Assembly (NCBI GenBank): GCA_965197905.1
Contig: CBDAOB010000003.1
Location: 512,001 to 576,000, forward strand
DNA from: Candidatus Latescibacterota bacterium
GTDB lineage: Bacteria > Latescibacterota > UBA2968 > UBA8231
Reading direction: 5' to 3'
DNA: 64,000 nt
Shown in pieces: positions 38,637 to 47,760 of this stretch. Every line of letters starts with the position of its first letter. Position 1 is the stretch's first letter. Below the pieces are notes generated by a model. The model saw nothing but the letters and a program-made list of their open reading frames with translations. It did no database searches and was not told the DNA's origin. A program made the translations under genes and the position numbers.

Positions 38637-38692
38637 GAAGTTATTGGAGCGCCCTGTACCAGCCTCAATCTATCGTGAAAGGATAGGACACC

Positions 38693-38902
38693 ATGGCAGA
38701 ACGCGAGACCGGAACCGTCAAATGGTTCAACGATGCTAAGGGCTTCGGGTTCATCGAACGCGCTAACGACGCAGACGTGTTCGTTCACCACAGCGCCATT
38801 CGCGGCGAGGGATTCCGTTCCTTGTCGGAAGGGCAGCAGGTTGAATTCGAGGTCGTTCAGGGACAGAAGGGTCCCGCCGCTGAAGGAGTTACGCCCCTCT
38901 AG
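38693..38902 (+). CDS. cspA: Cold-shock protein
   Basis: GTVKWFN, RNP1 KGFGFI and RNP2 VFVHH. Confidence 0.97.
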   Translation: MAERETGTVKWFNDAKGFGFIERANDADVFVHHSAIRGEGFRSLSEGQQVEFEVVQGQKGPAAEGVTPL

Positions 38903-38922
38903 CGTGCATCAGAAATAGATTG

Positions 38923-38968
38923 AGAAAAGGGGCGGTGTACGTCGATACATCGCCTCTTTTTCTTTCTT
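38923..38968 (+). terminator. Intrinsic terminator after csp
   Basis: AAAAGGGGCGGTGTA-cgtcga-TACATCGCCTCTTTT followed by TCTTTCTT. Confidence 0.8.
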
Positions 38969-38992
38969 ACAAAAAATTAGAAGGAGAATATT

Positions 38993-39208
38993 ATCGCCAG
39001 ACCATCCCAAAACGCCATAGCAAAACGAAACCGGGAACAAGCCAAGAGGCAAAAGCGAGAGGAAAAAGCGGCTCGCAAGGCGCAGCGCAAAGCAGATAAG
39101 CTTGAACCAGAATTGGAGCATGCAGTGGATGGAGAGTTGGCTGACGGCGAAGGCACCGAAGAAGATGGAGCCGCTACAGACGATTCTACCCCCCAGGTCG
39201 AAGCCTAG
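38993..39208 (+). CDS. 71-aa basic/acidic small protein with non-canonical ATC (or ATT) start; absent from the ORF track
   Basis: SD AAGGAG 38981-38986, ATC at 38993 and in-frame TAG at 38978. Reads (M)ARPSQNAIAKRNREQAKRQKREEKAARKAQRK...PQVEA*. Confidence 0.7.
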   Translation: MARPSQNAIAKRNREQAKRQKREEKAARKAQRKADKLEPELEHAVDGELADGEGTEEDGAATDDSTPQVEA

Positions 39209-39357
39209 GACAACACGCCGCGAACAGCCTTTGGACGGAACCATAGGCTGGACTTAGAAAGAACACACAGAACCACGGCGCAGCACCGCTGCCCCCATTG
39301 GGACGTGATCCGAGTCCCAAGAAATTTGGCCCTCTGTTTTTCACCGCGGTAACCCGC

Positions 39358-40107
39358 TTGAAGTTATCTCCGAAACAGATTGAGCAGTTCCACGTCAACG
39401 GGCTCCTTGTAGTCGAGCAGCTTCTGACTGCCAAGGAGGTCGAGGTTGTGAGCGTGCGCGCCGAGTGGATCGCCAGCGGCAAGGCAGAGCATGTTCCACG
39501 GGAGCGGCTTCAGGTAGAGCCGTCAGGCGAGGCTGACGCTTACGCCGACTCCCTGCGCAAGATGAGCCACATTGCCTTCTACGACGACGTCTTTGAGGCG
39601 CATGCTCGCAATCCGAAGGTTCTGGACGTCATCGAGTCCCTCCTGGGGCCCGACATCAAGTTTTACCAGGACCAGCTCTTCATGAAACCGCCGAAGATTG
39701 GTTCGCGCCAACCCTACCACCAGGATGCTCCCCTTGGATTTCACATCGACCCTCCGGACATGGTGAGCTGCTGGGCGGCCCTGGACCAAGCCACCATCGA
39801 AAACGGGTGTCTGTGGGTGCTTCCGGGCACGCACAAACAGGGTATCACCGAGCGGTCCGAATGGAAGAAATTCGAACAGATGGCGCTGGACGGTCGGCTG
39901 CCGGAGCAGCAGCCGGTGGAATTGAACCCGGGCGACTGCAGTTTTCACCACGGCCTGGTTCTGCATAGCAGCAGGCCCAATCTTACAGATCGACGACGCC
40001 GGGGATATGCAACCCACTATGTGAGCGCCCGCTGCCGCTATACCGGGCCTCCCGAAAAACACGACGCCATGCTGGTGAGAGGCCGTTCCTTCTCAGGATG
40101 TATATGA
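39358..40107 (+). CDS. PhyH-family dioxygenase
   Basis: KLSPKQIEQF, FMKPP, YHQD, ENGCL and LHSS. TTG start is uncertain. Confidence 0.88.
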   Translation: MKLSPKQIEQFHVNGLLVVEQLLTAKEVEVVSVRAEWIASGKAEHVPRERLQVEPSGEADAYADSLRKMSHIAFYDDVFEAHARNPKVLDVIESLLGPDIKFYQDQLFMKPPKIGSRQPYHQDAPLGFHIDPPDMVSCWAALDQATIENGCLWVLPGTHKQGITERSEWKKFEQMALDGRLPEQQPVELNPGDCSFHHGLVLHSSRPNLTDRRRRGYATHYVSARCRYTGPPEKHDAMLVRGRSFSGCI

Positions 40108-40162
40108 ACGACTATCACCGTTGCCCCGTACCCGCAAGTTTCAGCAAGGAGCCAGGAGTGCC

Positions 40163-41806
40163 ATGAGTAGCGCAGTACAGTCGGAACGAAAACCATCCAA
40201 AGTCGCCGCCTGGAGCACACTTCAAGATCGGCAGCCAGCTTACGCCCTGGTGGGTAGCGTCGACCTCGTAGTCGTACGCTACGACAACCAGGTCTCCGTG
40301 CTCTACGGACGCTGCCTGCACCGAGGCGCGCTCATGTCCGACGGCACCGTTGAAGGGGACAACCTGATCTGCGGCGTGCATCAGTGGGACTACCGACTGG
40401 AGACTGGCGTCAGCGAGTATGACAACGACGAAGCGCTTGAAAAATTCGAGGCCTGGATCGATGAAGAGGACGATGCAGTCTACGTGGATGAGCACGAAAT
40501 CAAAGCCTGGGAAAGGCAGCATCCACAGCCCTACAAACGAGACGAGTACCTGGGACTGTATGCTGATCCCGAGGGAACGTCCGCCGAACCGTTCAACGCG
40601 TACATAAGGGAGCTGGCCGGACACGGTCTCGATGCGTTGGGTCACCATGGAAACGTGTCGGCGATGGGCATCGCCCTGACCGAGCTGCCGCGCACCGATG
40701 AGATCCAATTGTTAACCGGACAGTTCGCTCGCAAGCCGTTGCTCGACGACGTGCCGGTCGCCAGCGAGGTGGTCATTGGTCCGGCGGCGGCAAAACCGCT
40801 GCGGCTTGAGATCCCGGTCTTTGTCAGTGACATGAGCTTCGGTGCGTTGAGCGAAGAGGCCAAGGTGGCACTGGCCAAAGGGGCGGAAATGGCCGGCACC
40901 GGTATTTGCTCGGGAGAGGGCGGCATGCTGCCCGAGGAGCAGGCGGCCAACTCGCGCTACTTCTACGAGCTGGCCTCCGGTTATTTCGGTTGGGACCTCG
41001 AAAAAGCGGCTCGTTGCCAGGCATTTCACTTCAAGGGGGGACAGGGCGCCAAGACCGGGACCGGCGGCCATCTGCCTGGCAGCAAGGTGCGGGGAAAGAT
41101 CGCAAAGGTGCGCGGTTTAGAAGAAGGGACTCCAGCCATCAGCCCGTCCACTTTCCCCGATTTGCATACGGCAGCCGATTACCGCACGATTGCCGCTGAC
41201 GTCCGCAAAGCCAGCGGCGGTGTTCCAATCGGCCTGAAGATGTCCGCCCAGCATATCGAGGAAGATATCGATTTTGGTCTCGACGTCGGCGTCGACTACA
41301 TCATCCTCGACGGCCGCGGAGGTGGGACCGGCGCCGCCCCTGAGATCTTCAAGAAGAACATCTCCATTCCGACGTTAGTTGCGCTGGCGCGCGCCCGCCG
41401 GCATCTGGATGCCCGCGGTTGTCGGGAGATTTCATTGATCATAACTGGCGGTCTGCGCACGGAGTCAGACTTCGTCAAAGCCATGGCGATGGGGGCCGAC
41501 GCAGTCGCGGTGGCCAATTCGGCGATTCAGGCGATCGGTTGTTTGGGAATGCGCGCCTGCCATACCAACAACTGTCCCGTCGGTATCGCGACGCAGAAAG
41601 ACCACCTGCGCGCACGTCTTTCAATCGATACGTCGGCAAAACGTCTGTGCAACTACTTCGAAGCAACGGTGGAGTTGATGAAGATTCTGGCACGGGCATG
41701 CGGCCATGGTCATCTCAATCAATTCTGTGGCGACGATCTGACTACCTGGAAGCGCGATGTTGCCTACCTGACCGGGGTCGGCTATGCCGGCGTCGTGCCG
41801 CTCTAG
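40163..41806 (+). CDS. Rieske 2Fe-2S domain fused to glutamate-synthase FMN-binding domain
   Basis: CLHRG...CGVH; MSFGALS, GQGAKTGTGGHLPG and CLGMRACHTNNCP; AGGAG SD. Confidence 0.9.
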   Translation: MSSAVQSERKPSKVAAWSTLQDRQPAYALVGSVDLVVVRYDNQVSVLYGRCLHRGALMSDGTVEGDNLICGVHQWDYRLETGVSEYDNDEALEKFEAWIDEEDDAVYVDEHEIKAWERQHPQPYKRDEYLGLYADPEGTSAEPFNAYIRELAGHGLDALGHHGNVSAMGIALTELPRTDEIQLLTGQFARKPLLDDVPVASEVVIGPAAAKPLRLEIPVFVSDMSFGALSEEAKVALAKGAEMAGTGICSGEGGMLPEEQAANSRYFYELASGYFGWDLEKAARCQAFHFKGGQGAKTGTGGHLPGSKVRGKIAKVRGLEEGTPAISPSTFPDLHTAADYRTIAADVRKASGGVPIGLKMSAQHIEEDIDFGLDVGVDYIILDGRGGGTGAAPEIFKKNISIPTLVALARARRHLDARGCREISLIITGGLRTESDFVKAMAMGADAVAVANSAIQAIGCLGMRACHTNNCPVGIATQKDHLRARLSIDTSAKRLCNYFEATVELMKILARACGHGHLNQFCGDDLTTWKRDVAYLTGVGYAGVVPL

Positions 41807-41860
41807 GTGGTTGCCGGAATCGGCTACACATAGCTATCTTGGCGCCACAAGGGGAAACCG

Positions 41861-42535
41861 ATGCCAACTACCCGCCTGCTTGTAATCCCGATGATTCTGT
41901 TCCTGTTCGGCTGCGACCAGGACGAAGCAGAGCCTGAATCTTTGAGCGTTGAGACCGAGGAGGAGAAGAAGCTATACGCGTTGGGACAAGCGGTCGCTCG
42001 CCAGTTCGTGTTAGCCGGACTTTTTGACGATGGCGAAATGGCGATCGTGGGCCGGGGATTCGTGGACGCGGTCGCCGGCCGCGACACGTTGGTCGACTTC
42101 GACAGTCTTGTCGAGCCGATGAACGCGATGCTGACCGCCCGTCGCGCCGTGAAGAACCTTCAGTGGGGAATCGAATTCCGGGAGACGGCGGCAAGCTGGC
42201 CTGGCGCGATTACCACAGATACGGGGCTCATCTTCCAATCCGTTGAGGATGGCACCGGCGCCACTCCCGCCATCGACGATACCGTCTCCGCACACTTCAA
42301 TGGAAAATTCATCGACGGCAGAACATATGACACCTCCGCCAATAAGGGTGCAGCTAGCTTCGCGCTCAATCAGGTAATGTCGGGTTGGACGGAGGCCTTC
42401 CAGATGATGAAGGTGGGCGGAAAAGCTCGATTTGTACTGCCCCCTCACCTTGCTCATGGAGAACTGGGAAAACACCCAACCATCCCGCCTAACGCCACGC
42501 TTATTTTTGAAGTCGAGCTATTGGCAATCCAATAG
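41861..42535 (+). CDS. FKBP-type peptidyl-prolyl isomerase, lipoprotein (FkpA/Mip-like)
   Basis: LFGC lipobox; GWTEAFQMM and IPPNATLIFEVELL. Confidence 0.9.
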   Translation: MPTTRLLVIPMILFLFGCDQDEAEPESLSVETEEEKKLYALGQAVARQFVLAGLFDDGEMAIVGRGFVDAVAGRDTLVDFDSLVEPMNAMLTARRAVKNLQWGIEFRETAASWPGAITTDTGLIFQSVEDGTGATPAIDDTVSAHFNGKFIDGRTYDTSANKGAASFALNQVMSGWTEAFQMMKVGGKARFVLPPHLAHGELGKHPTIPPNATLIFEVELLAIQ

Positions 42536-42580
42536 TCGCGAGTCGCGCAACTACGAGATTCTTTTCCTGTCCAGTAGCCG

Positions 42581-42614
42581 AAGGAGACGGTTGAACAACA
42601 GTCTCCTTTTGTTT
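42581..42614 (+). terminator. Intrinsic terminator after the FKBP gene
   Basis: AAGGAGAC-N12-GTCTCCTT followed by TTGTTT. Confidence 0.65.
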
Positions 42615-42663
42615 AACTAACTATCCGCCTGTATCACTCAGTCACACCCCTGGAAGGCTCGCT

Positions 42664-43104
42664 ATGAAGACCATCGTGACGGTAGCACTGAGTCTGCTAG
42701 TAGCGTTGGAATCAGTGAGCGCCGTCGAGCCCATCTACGCCGTTCGATTGGCCATCGACGGATATGATGTCGTCGCCTATTTCAACCAGGGAGAAGCACG
42801 TCGGGGTTCGCCCGAATTCGAACACAAGTGGCAGGGCGCGAAGTGGTTTTTTTCGTCGCGTGAGAATAAGAGCGCTTTCGTTGCCACTCCGGAGCAGTTT
42901 GTCCCGCGGTATGGCGGCTACTGCGCCTATGCCGTAGCCAGGGGGAATACGGCTCGGGTCGATCCGAAGGCTTGGAGGGTGGTGGACGGAAAGCTGTATC
43001 TGAATTTCGACGCGGAAATCAAAAAGCGGTGGGAAAAGAAGATGGATCAGTATATCGAGCAGGCTGACAAGAATTGGCCCGGTCTACGAGGCCGCAAAGA
43101 TTAG
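42664..43104 (+). CDS. Secreted YHS-domain protein
   Basis: Signal peptide; AIDGYDVVAYF, PRYGGYCAY and VDGKLYLN. Confidence 0.88.
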   Translation: MKTIVTVALSLLVALESVSAVEPIYAVRLAIDGYDVVAYFNQGEARRGSPEFEHKWQGAKWFFSSRENKSAFVATPEQFVPRYGGYCAYAVARGNTARVDPKAWRVVDGKLYLNFDAEIKKRWEKKMDQYIEQADKNWPGLRGRKD

Positions 43105-43116
43105 GAAGGTAAGAAA

Positions 43117-43884
43117 ATGTCGAATAGCAGCGGAACAGACTATGCGAAAATTTCCGAGCAGGTGTGCAGGAGCCTGCGACTGGAACAAACTCCGATCGCT
43201 GTCTCTTTGACGGATGAAATGCCTGACGGAATCCCCGCCTTCAAGGGCACCGCGCCAGCAGGATGCCAATTCTGGGAAAACGCCGCTAACGGTCCGATTG
43301 CGACTTCGACGCCGGACCACGAAATGTGCGCCATCGGCGTCCACACTCACCAGATGGCTGGCGCTTCAGAAACGTGCCAGCAGGAGCTCGGAGAGGTGCT
43401 GGGAATCCTTGGTGAGCTCGACTATGTTCGCGAGGAAGACGTAGCGCGGATCCCGGTTATGTCCCGCACCACAAAACACGCGGTGTACGCCCCGTTGGCA
43501 GAGGCCCCCTTGCCACCCGACGTCGTGCTTCTATTTGCAGACGCCAGCACCGGTCTCATTATCGCCGAAGCGGTAGAGCAGGTGGAAGAAGGAATCCCTC
43601 CCGCCCTTGGCCGCCCGGCGTGCGCCGCCGTGCCTCAGGCCATCAACACCGGTCGCGCCGCCCTTTCCCTCGGTTGTTGTGGAGCGCGTGCGTATCTCGA
43701 TGTGATGAAAGACGAGATCGCTATGTGGGTTATTCCCGGCGGAAAGATCGCGACCTACGCCGAACGCTTCGACGCTCTCGCCAAAGCAAACGACATCCTC
43801 GGAAAGTTCCACACCATGCGCCGAGAAGACGTTGAATCGGGAGCGCGGCCGTCGTTGCAGGAGAGCCTCGCGCGTCTCGGCTAG
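43117..43884 (+). CDS. DUF169 family protein
   Basis: PIAV, GCQFW, PDVVL, PACA and SLGCCGAR. Confidence 0.75.
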   Translation: MSNSSGTDYAKISEQVCRSLRLEQTPIAVSLTDEMPDGIPAFKGTAPAGCQFWENAANGPIATSTPDHEMCAIGVHTHQMAGASETCQQELGEVLGILGELDYVREEDVARIPVMSRTTKHAVYAPLAEAPLPPDVVLLFADASTGLIIAEAVEQVEEGIPPALGRPACAAVPQAINTGRAALSLGCCGARAYLDVMKDEIAMWVIPGGKIATYAERFDALAKANDILGKFHTMRREDVESGARPSLQESLARLG

Positions 43885-43995
43885 CTCAACACAGAGCCAC
43901 CTTTGAGGTAACTTCAGGCGTACCGCCGTGCTCGGGCGCCCCCTGCGAAAAACTCTTGTCAGTTCCCCCGGTATTCTTGAGTTGGATAAACAAAG

Positions 43996-44031
43996 ATCAA
44001 GGCCCCGGAGAAGAATCTCCGAGGCCCTGAT
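43996..44031. terminator. Hairpin between convergent genes
   Basis: ATCAAGGCCCCGGAGA-agaa-TCTCCGAGGCCCTGAT. Confidence 0.6.
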
Positions 44032-44080
44032 TCTGTCTGGACCCGATCTCTAGGTCAGAAGACCATGTTGAGTGGAACTC

Positions 44081-45496
44081 TTACTGGTCGACGGTCGCAC
44101 CGCGGGCTTCCAGCGCCGGTATCTGGGTCGTTTTGGCATCGTCGCTCAGCGGATTATCGTTAACGCCGATGTAGTCATCCGTACCAATTCCTGTATTGTC
44201 GACCAGCGCCGTCAGGTCGGTGACCTGATTGAGGTGGAGCGAGACGGAGCCTAACTCGGTCAGGTTCTCGAGCGCGGTTACATCGCTGATCTGATTTTCA
44301 TTCAAATTCAGCGTTGTCAGCGCCGTGAGATTCGCCACCGCTGATATATCGCTGATCTGGTTTGTGACCAAATCCAGAAACGTGAGCGCCGTGAGATTCG
44401 CCACCGCTGATATATCAGTGATCTGGTTGAAGCCCAAACTCAGGAACGTGAGCGCGGTGAGATCTGCGACGGGCGAGATGTCGCTGATCATGTTGGTCGC
44501 GAGGTTGAGAATCTCGAGGTTCGTGAGGTCAGCAACAGGAGAAATATCGGTAATCTCGTTGGTGTGAACCCACAGTATCGTCAGGTTGGTAAGATTCGCC
44601 ACTGGCGAGAGGTCGGTCAACTTACCCCTAACCGCCACGATAATTTCCAGATTAGTGAGACCGGAGACAAACGAGATGTCAGCCAAGTTTTCGTCCCACA
44701 TATCGAGCCGTATCAGTGAAGTCATCCCGGCTATTGGCGAATAATCATCGATCGGATTTTCGTAGAGACGTAGGTAGATAAGCGGAATCCCGGCGACGAG
44801 CGAGAGGTCGCTCACCTGATTACGTGCAACATCGAGCGAGTCGAGCGCGGGGAGTCTATCGATCCCGTCCAGGTCCACAATCTCCCTGTCAGCGGCGAAG
44901 AGGTAGTTCAAATCCGCAACGTCCGCCGAGAAGATATCTCCCGAGGACTTGCCTATCGCGTCCCGAACGGCTGCTTCCAGCCCAGCGTCGGGAAATTCGA
45001 TCGCCAAAACCACATTCAGACTCGTACTCTGAAATTCGCTCCTATCATTGAAGGCCGTTATCGTGACCGTATAGGCGGCCGAACCGTCGTAGGTGTGCTC
45101 GACCGGAAAGGAGAGGTCTTCGGTGGTGCCGTCGCCCCAGTTGAATGGCAACCGCGTGATCTCCGTTCCTGGTTGCGCAGCAGTCACCGAGCCATCGATG
45201 GTCACGGTGAGATTCTCCTTGTCGATCACCGGCGTCTCCAGCGTTATCCGCGCCACTCTGTCCGGTTTTCCGCCAACGGCGGCGGACGAAACTGCCAATC
45301 CTGATGGTGAGCTCGTTCCTTCCACCTTTCCGGTTGATGCCGGGCGGTAGGGTGCGCCACCAGCCTTGCCGCCTGATACGGTCAGCTTGGCCGTAGGGGA
45401 AGTAGTGTCGTCATTGGACGACACCGGATCCTTGTCACCACAGCTGGAAATTCCGACTGCAGCAACCATCGCCAGATATATGGCGAGTTTTCTCAT
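44081..45496 (-). CDS. Internalin-like leucine-rich-repeat lipoprotein with PKD-like domain
   Basis: GAGGAGG SD; ISSC lipobox; WGDG; FPDAGLEAAVR cap; 22-aa NQISDISAVANLTAL repeats. Confidence 0.88.
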   Translation of the reverse strand: MRKLAIYLAMVAAVGISSCGDKDPVSSNDDTTSPTAKLTVSGGKAGGAPYRPASTGKVEGTSSPSGLAVSSAAVGGKPDRVARITLETPVIDKENLTVTIDGSVTAAQPGTEITRLPFNWGDGTTEDLSFPVEHTYDGSAAYTVTITAFNDRSEFQSTSLNVVLAIEFPDAGLEAAVRDAIGKSSGDIFSADVADLNYLFAADREIVDLDGIDRLPALDSLDVARNQVSDLSLVAGIPLIYLRLYENPIDDYSPIAGMTSLIRLDMWDENLADISFVSGLTNLEIIVAVRGKLTDLSPVANLTNLTILWVHTNEITDISPVADLTNLEILNLATNMISDISPVADLTALTFLSLGFNQITDISAVANLTALTFLDLVTNQISDISAVANLTALTTLNLNENQISDVTALENLTELGSVSLHLNQVTDLTALVDNTGIGTDDYIGVNDNPLSDDAKTTQIPALEARGATVDQ

Positions 45497-45716
45497 GATA
45501 CACCTCCTCAATAGGGGAAAAATGAGGCACCGAATCTACTCAACTGCTGCGACGATTCAATGTAGTACTTATACTAGGTTTTTTCACGATCGGTTCCGTC
45601 TTCGTCCCGATTTCCACTTCGTGCAGAGGCCAAAGTTTACCTTGGCGTTCAGGTGCTGTAGAATAAGCCTTCAAGTGTTTGGACGATTCAGACGGAATTT
45701 TTCTCGGAACCTACCT

Positions 45717-47624
45717 TTGCGCAAGCCATACAAGCAAGTCATCTACAAAAACCTCATGCTCGCCATGCGGGACGGAGTCCGGCTCGCCACCGATATATAC
45801 CGGCCTGCCCGGGACGGCGAACCCCTGTCCGAACCCGTCCCCACCATTCTCTCCCGCACCCCCTACGACAAGAACAGCCAGCGCTACGTAGAGGTTGCCG
45901 ACTACTTCGTGCCTCGAGGTTACGCGGTAGCACTCCAAGACCTGCGCGGCCGTGGCGATTCCGAGGGTTTGGGCCAGTACTTCCACGTGTGCAACGAGCC
46001 TGAGGGGCGCGACGGTTATGACACCATCGAGTGGATCGGCACTCAACCCTGGTCGAACGGCAAGGTGGGCATGGTGGGCAGCTCATTCGCCGCACTTGTA
46101 CAAACCCGCGCCGCGTTCGAGCACCCCCCTCACCTGACCGCCATCTGGCCCGACGTCACACCGACCAACAGCTATCACCACCAGGCGCGCGAGGGTGGCG
46201 CCATGGCTTTGCACATGTTCTGGGCTCTGTACCTTCATGCCCAGGATGCCCAGGAGATTGGCGGCGACGAAAAAATCATCGCAGAGGTCTGGGACGATCT
46301 TCGCAATCTGAGACAGCTGTTGGTTTCCACGCCGTTTCAGAGAGGCCAAACCGCTCTTGCCCATGTGCCCAATCTGGAGAACGTCCTTTTCGACTATTAC
46401 CATCGCGGGGAGTATGACGAATTCTGGCAGCAGGAGTTCAACGATTTCGAGCGCAACTTCCATCGCCACGCCGACATCCCCGGCACTTTTACCGATGGAT
46501 GGTTCGACCCCTACGCGGTGGGCATGGCGGCTTATTTCGCCGCCATGGCGCAGCAGAACAGCACACCCCAGCGTCTGGTCCTAGGACCTTGGACCCATGT
46601 CGGAATGCGGGGCGAAGGTACTTCCATCGGCGACGTGGACTTCGGACCTGGCTGTATCTGGGGAATCGAGCAATACTTCGACGAACAATTACTTTTCTTC
46701 GATCGCTGGTTGAAAGACCCACCCAGCCAAGTAGCAACCGAAGCACCTGTACGGATCTTCGTTATGGGCGGCGGAAGCGGCCGCAAGACCGCAGAAGGCA
46801 AGCTCGACCACGGCGGTTGCTGGCGCCAAGAGCAGGAGTGGCCGCTCGCCCGCACGGAATGGTGGAAGTTGCACCTTCAACCCCACGGTGCCCTGGATGA
46901 GGCAGCTCCATCCCAAGATGGCAAACCGCTGAGCTACAGCTACGATCCGGAACACCCGGTGCCCACGATCGGCGGCAATTCCTGCGGTATGATGGAACTG
47001 CCCGAAGACACCGGCGATCTCGACCCCATGTGGAAGCGCTATCTCCATCCTGTGACGCGGTTGCGTCATATTGTGACTCCCGGCCCGTTGCACCAAAAGG
47101 AAGAGGCGGAGATCTTCGGCGCTCGTGCCCCTTTTCCGCTGCTGGCGGACCGCCCTGATGTGCTGGTCTTTCAAACTTCTCCGTTGACGGAAGCGGTGGA
47201 GGTGACTGGCTCGCCGCGGGTGGAGCTGTGGATATCGTCCTCAGCGCCCGACACCGATTTCACTGCAAAACTGGTGGACGTCTACCCGCCCAACGAGGAC
47301 TATCCCGACGGGTACCACATGAACCTCGTGGACTCCATCCTCCGGGTGCGTTACCGCAACAGCTGGGAGAAGGAAGAGCTCATGGAACCCGGAAAGATCT
47401 ATCAGATCAAGATCGCGCTTCCCCCCACGAGCAACCTTTTCCAGGCCAGGCATCGAATCCGCCTGGACATCTCCAGTAGCAACTTCCCGAGATTGGATCT
47501 TAACCCCAACACCGGGGAGCCGGTAGGCCGCCACACCCACACCGAGATCGCCCGCAACACGGTTTTTGTCGACCGCGACCGGCCGTCGAACCTGGTGCTG
47601 CCGACGATTCCCGATCAATCCTGA
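45717..47624 (+). CDS. CocE/NonD-family (S15) hydrolase
   Basis: MRDGVRLATDIYRP, RTPY, GSSF nucleophile elbow, GPWTH and ISSSNFPR. TTG start inferred. Confidence 0.9.
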   Translation: MRKPYKQVIYKNLMLAMRDGVRLATDIYRPARDGEPLSEPVPTILSRTPYDKNSQRYVEVADYFVPRGYAVALQDLRGRGDSEGLGQYFHVCNEPEGRDGYDTIEWIGTQPWSNGKVGMVGSSFAALVQTRAAFEHPPHLTAIWPDVTPTNSYHHQAREGGAMALHMFWALYLHAQDAQEIGGDEKIIAEVWDDLRNLRQLLVSTPFQRGQTALAHVPNLENVLFDYYHRGEYDEFWQQEFNDFERNFHRHADIPGTFTDGWFDPYAVGMAAYFAAMAQQNSTPQRLVLGPWTHVGMRGEGTSIGDVDFGPGCIWGIEQYFDEQLLFFDRWLKDPPSQVATEAPVRIFVMGGGSGRKTAEGKLDHGGCWRQEQEWPLARTEWWKLHLQPHGALDEAAPSQDGKPLSYSYDPEHPVPTIGGNSCGMMELPEDTGDLDPMWKRYLHPVTRLRHIVTPGPLHQKEEAEIFGARAPFPLLADRPDVLVFQTSPLTEAVEVTGSPRVELWISSSAPDTDFTAKLVDVYPPNEDYPDGYHMNLVDSILRVRYRNSWEKEELMEPGKIYQIKIALPPTSNLFQARHRIRLDISSSNFPRLDLNPNTGEPVGRHTHTEIARNTVFVDRDRPSNLVLPTIPDQS

Positions 47625-47760
47625 GCAACTGTCCCGATTGAATCGCTCCCCAGTTGCACGCAGGCACGGAATCTGACTGATTATGTATGAAACACCCGGT
47701 GTCTAGCCCCGATCCTCGACACACTTCGGAGGCTTGACGGGACGCACAGTGGAGGGATGC

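Noticed and set aside
38909..39244. 111-aa minus-strand ORF behind csp
   Set aside because: It is the antisense shadow of the SD-supported plus-strand small ORF and the terminator.
44290..44600. 66-nt periodic DNA repeats
   Set aside because: Fully explained by the 22-aa leucine-rich repeats.
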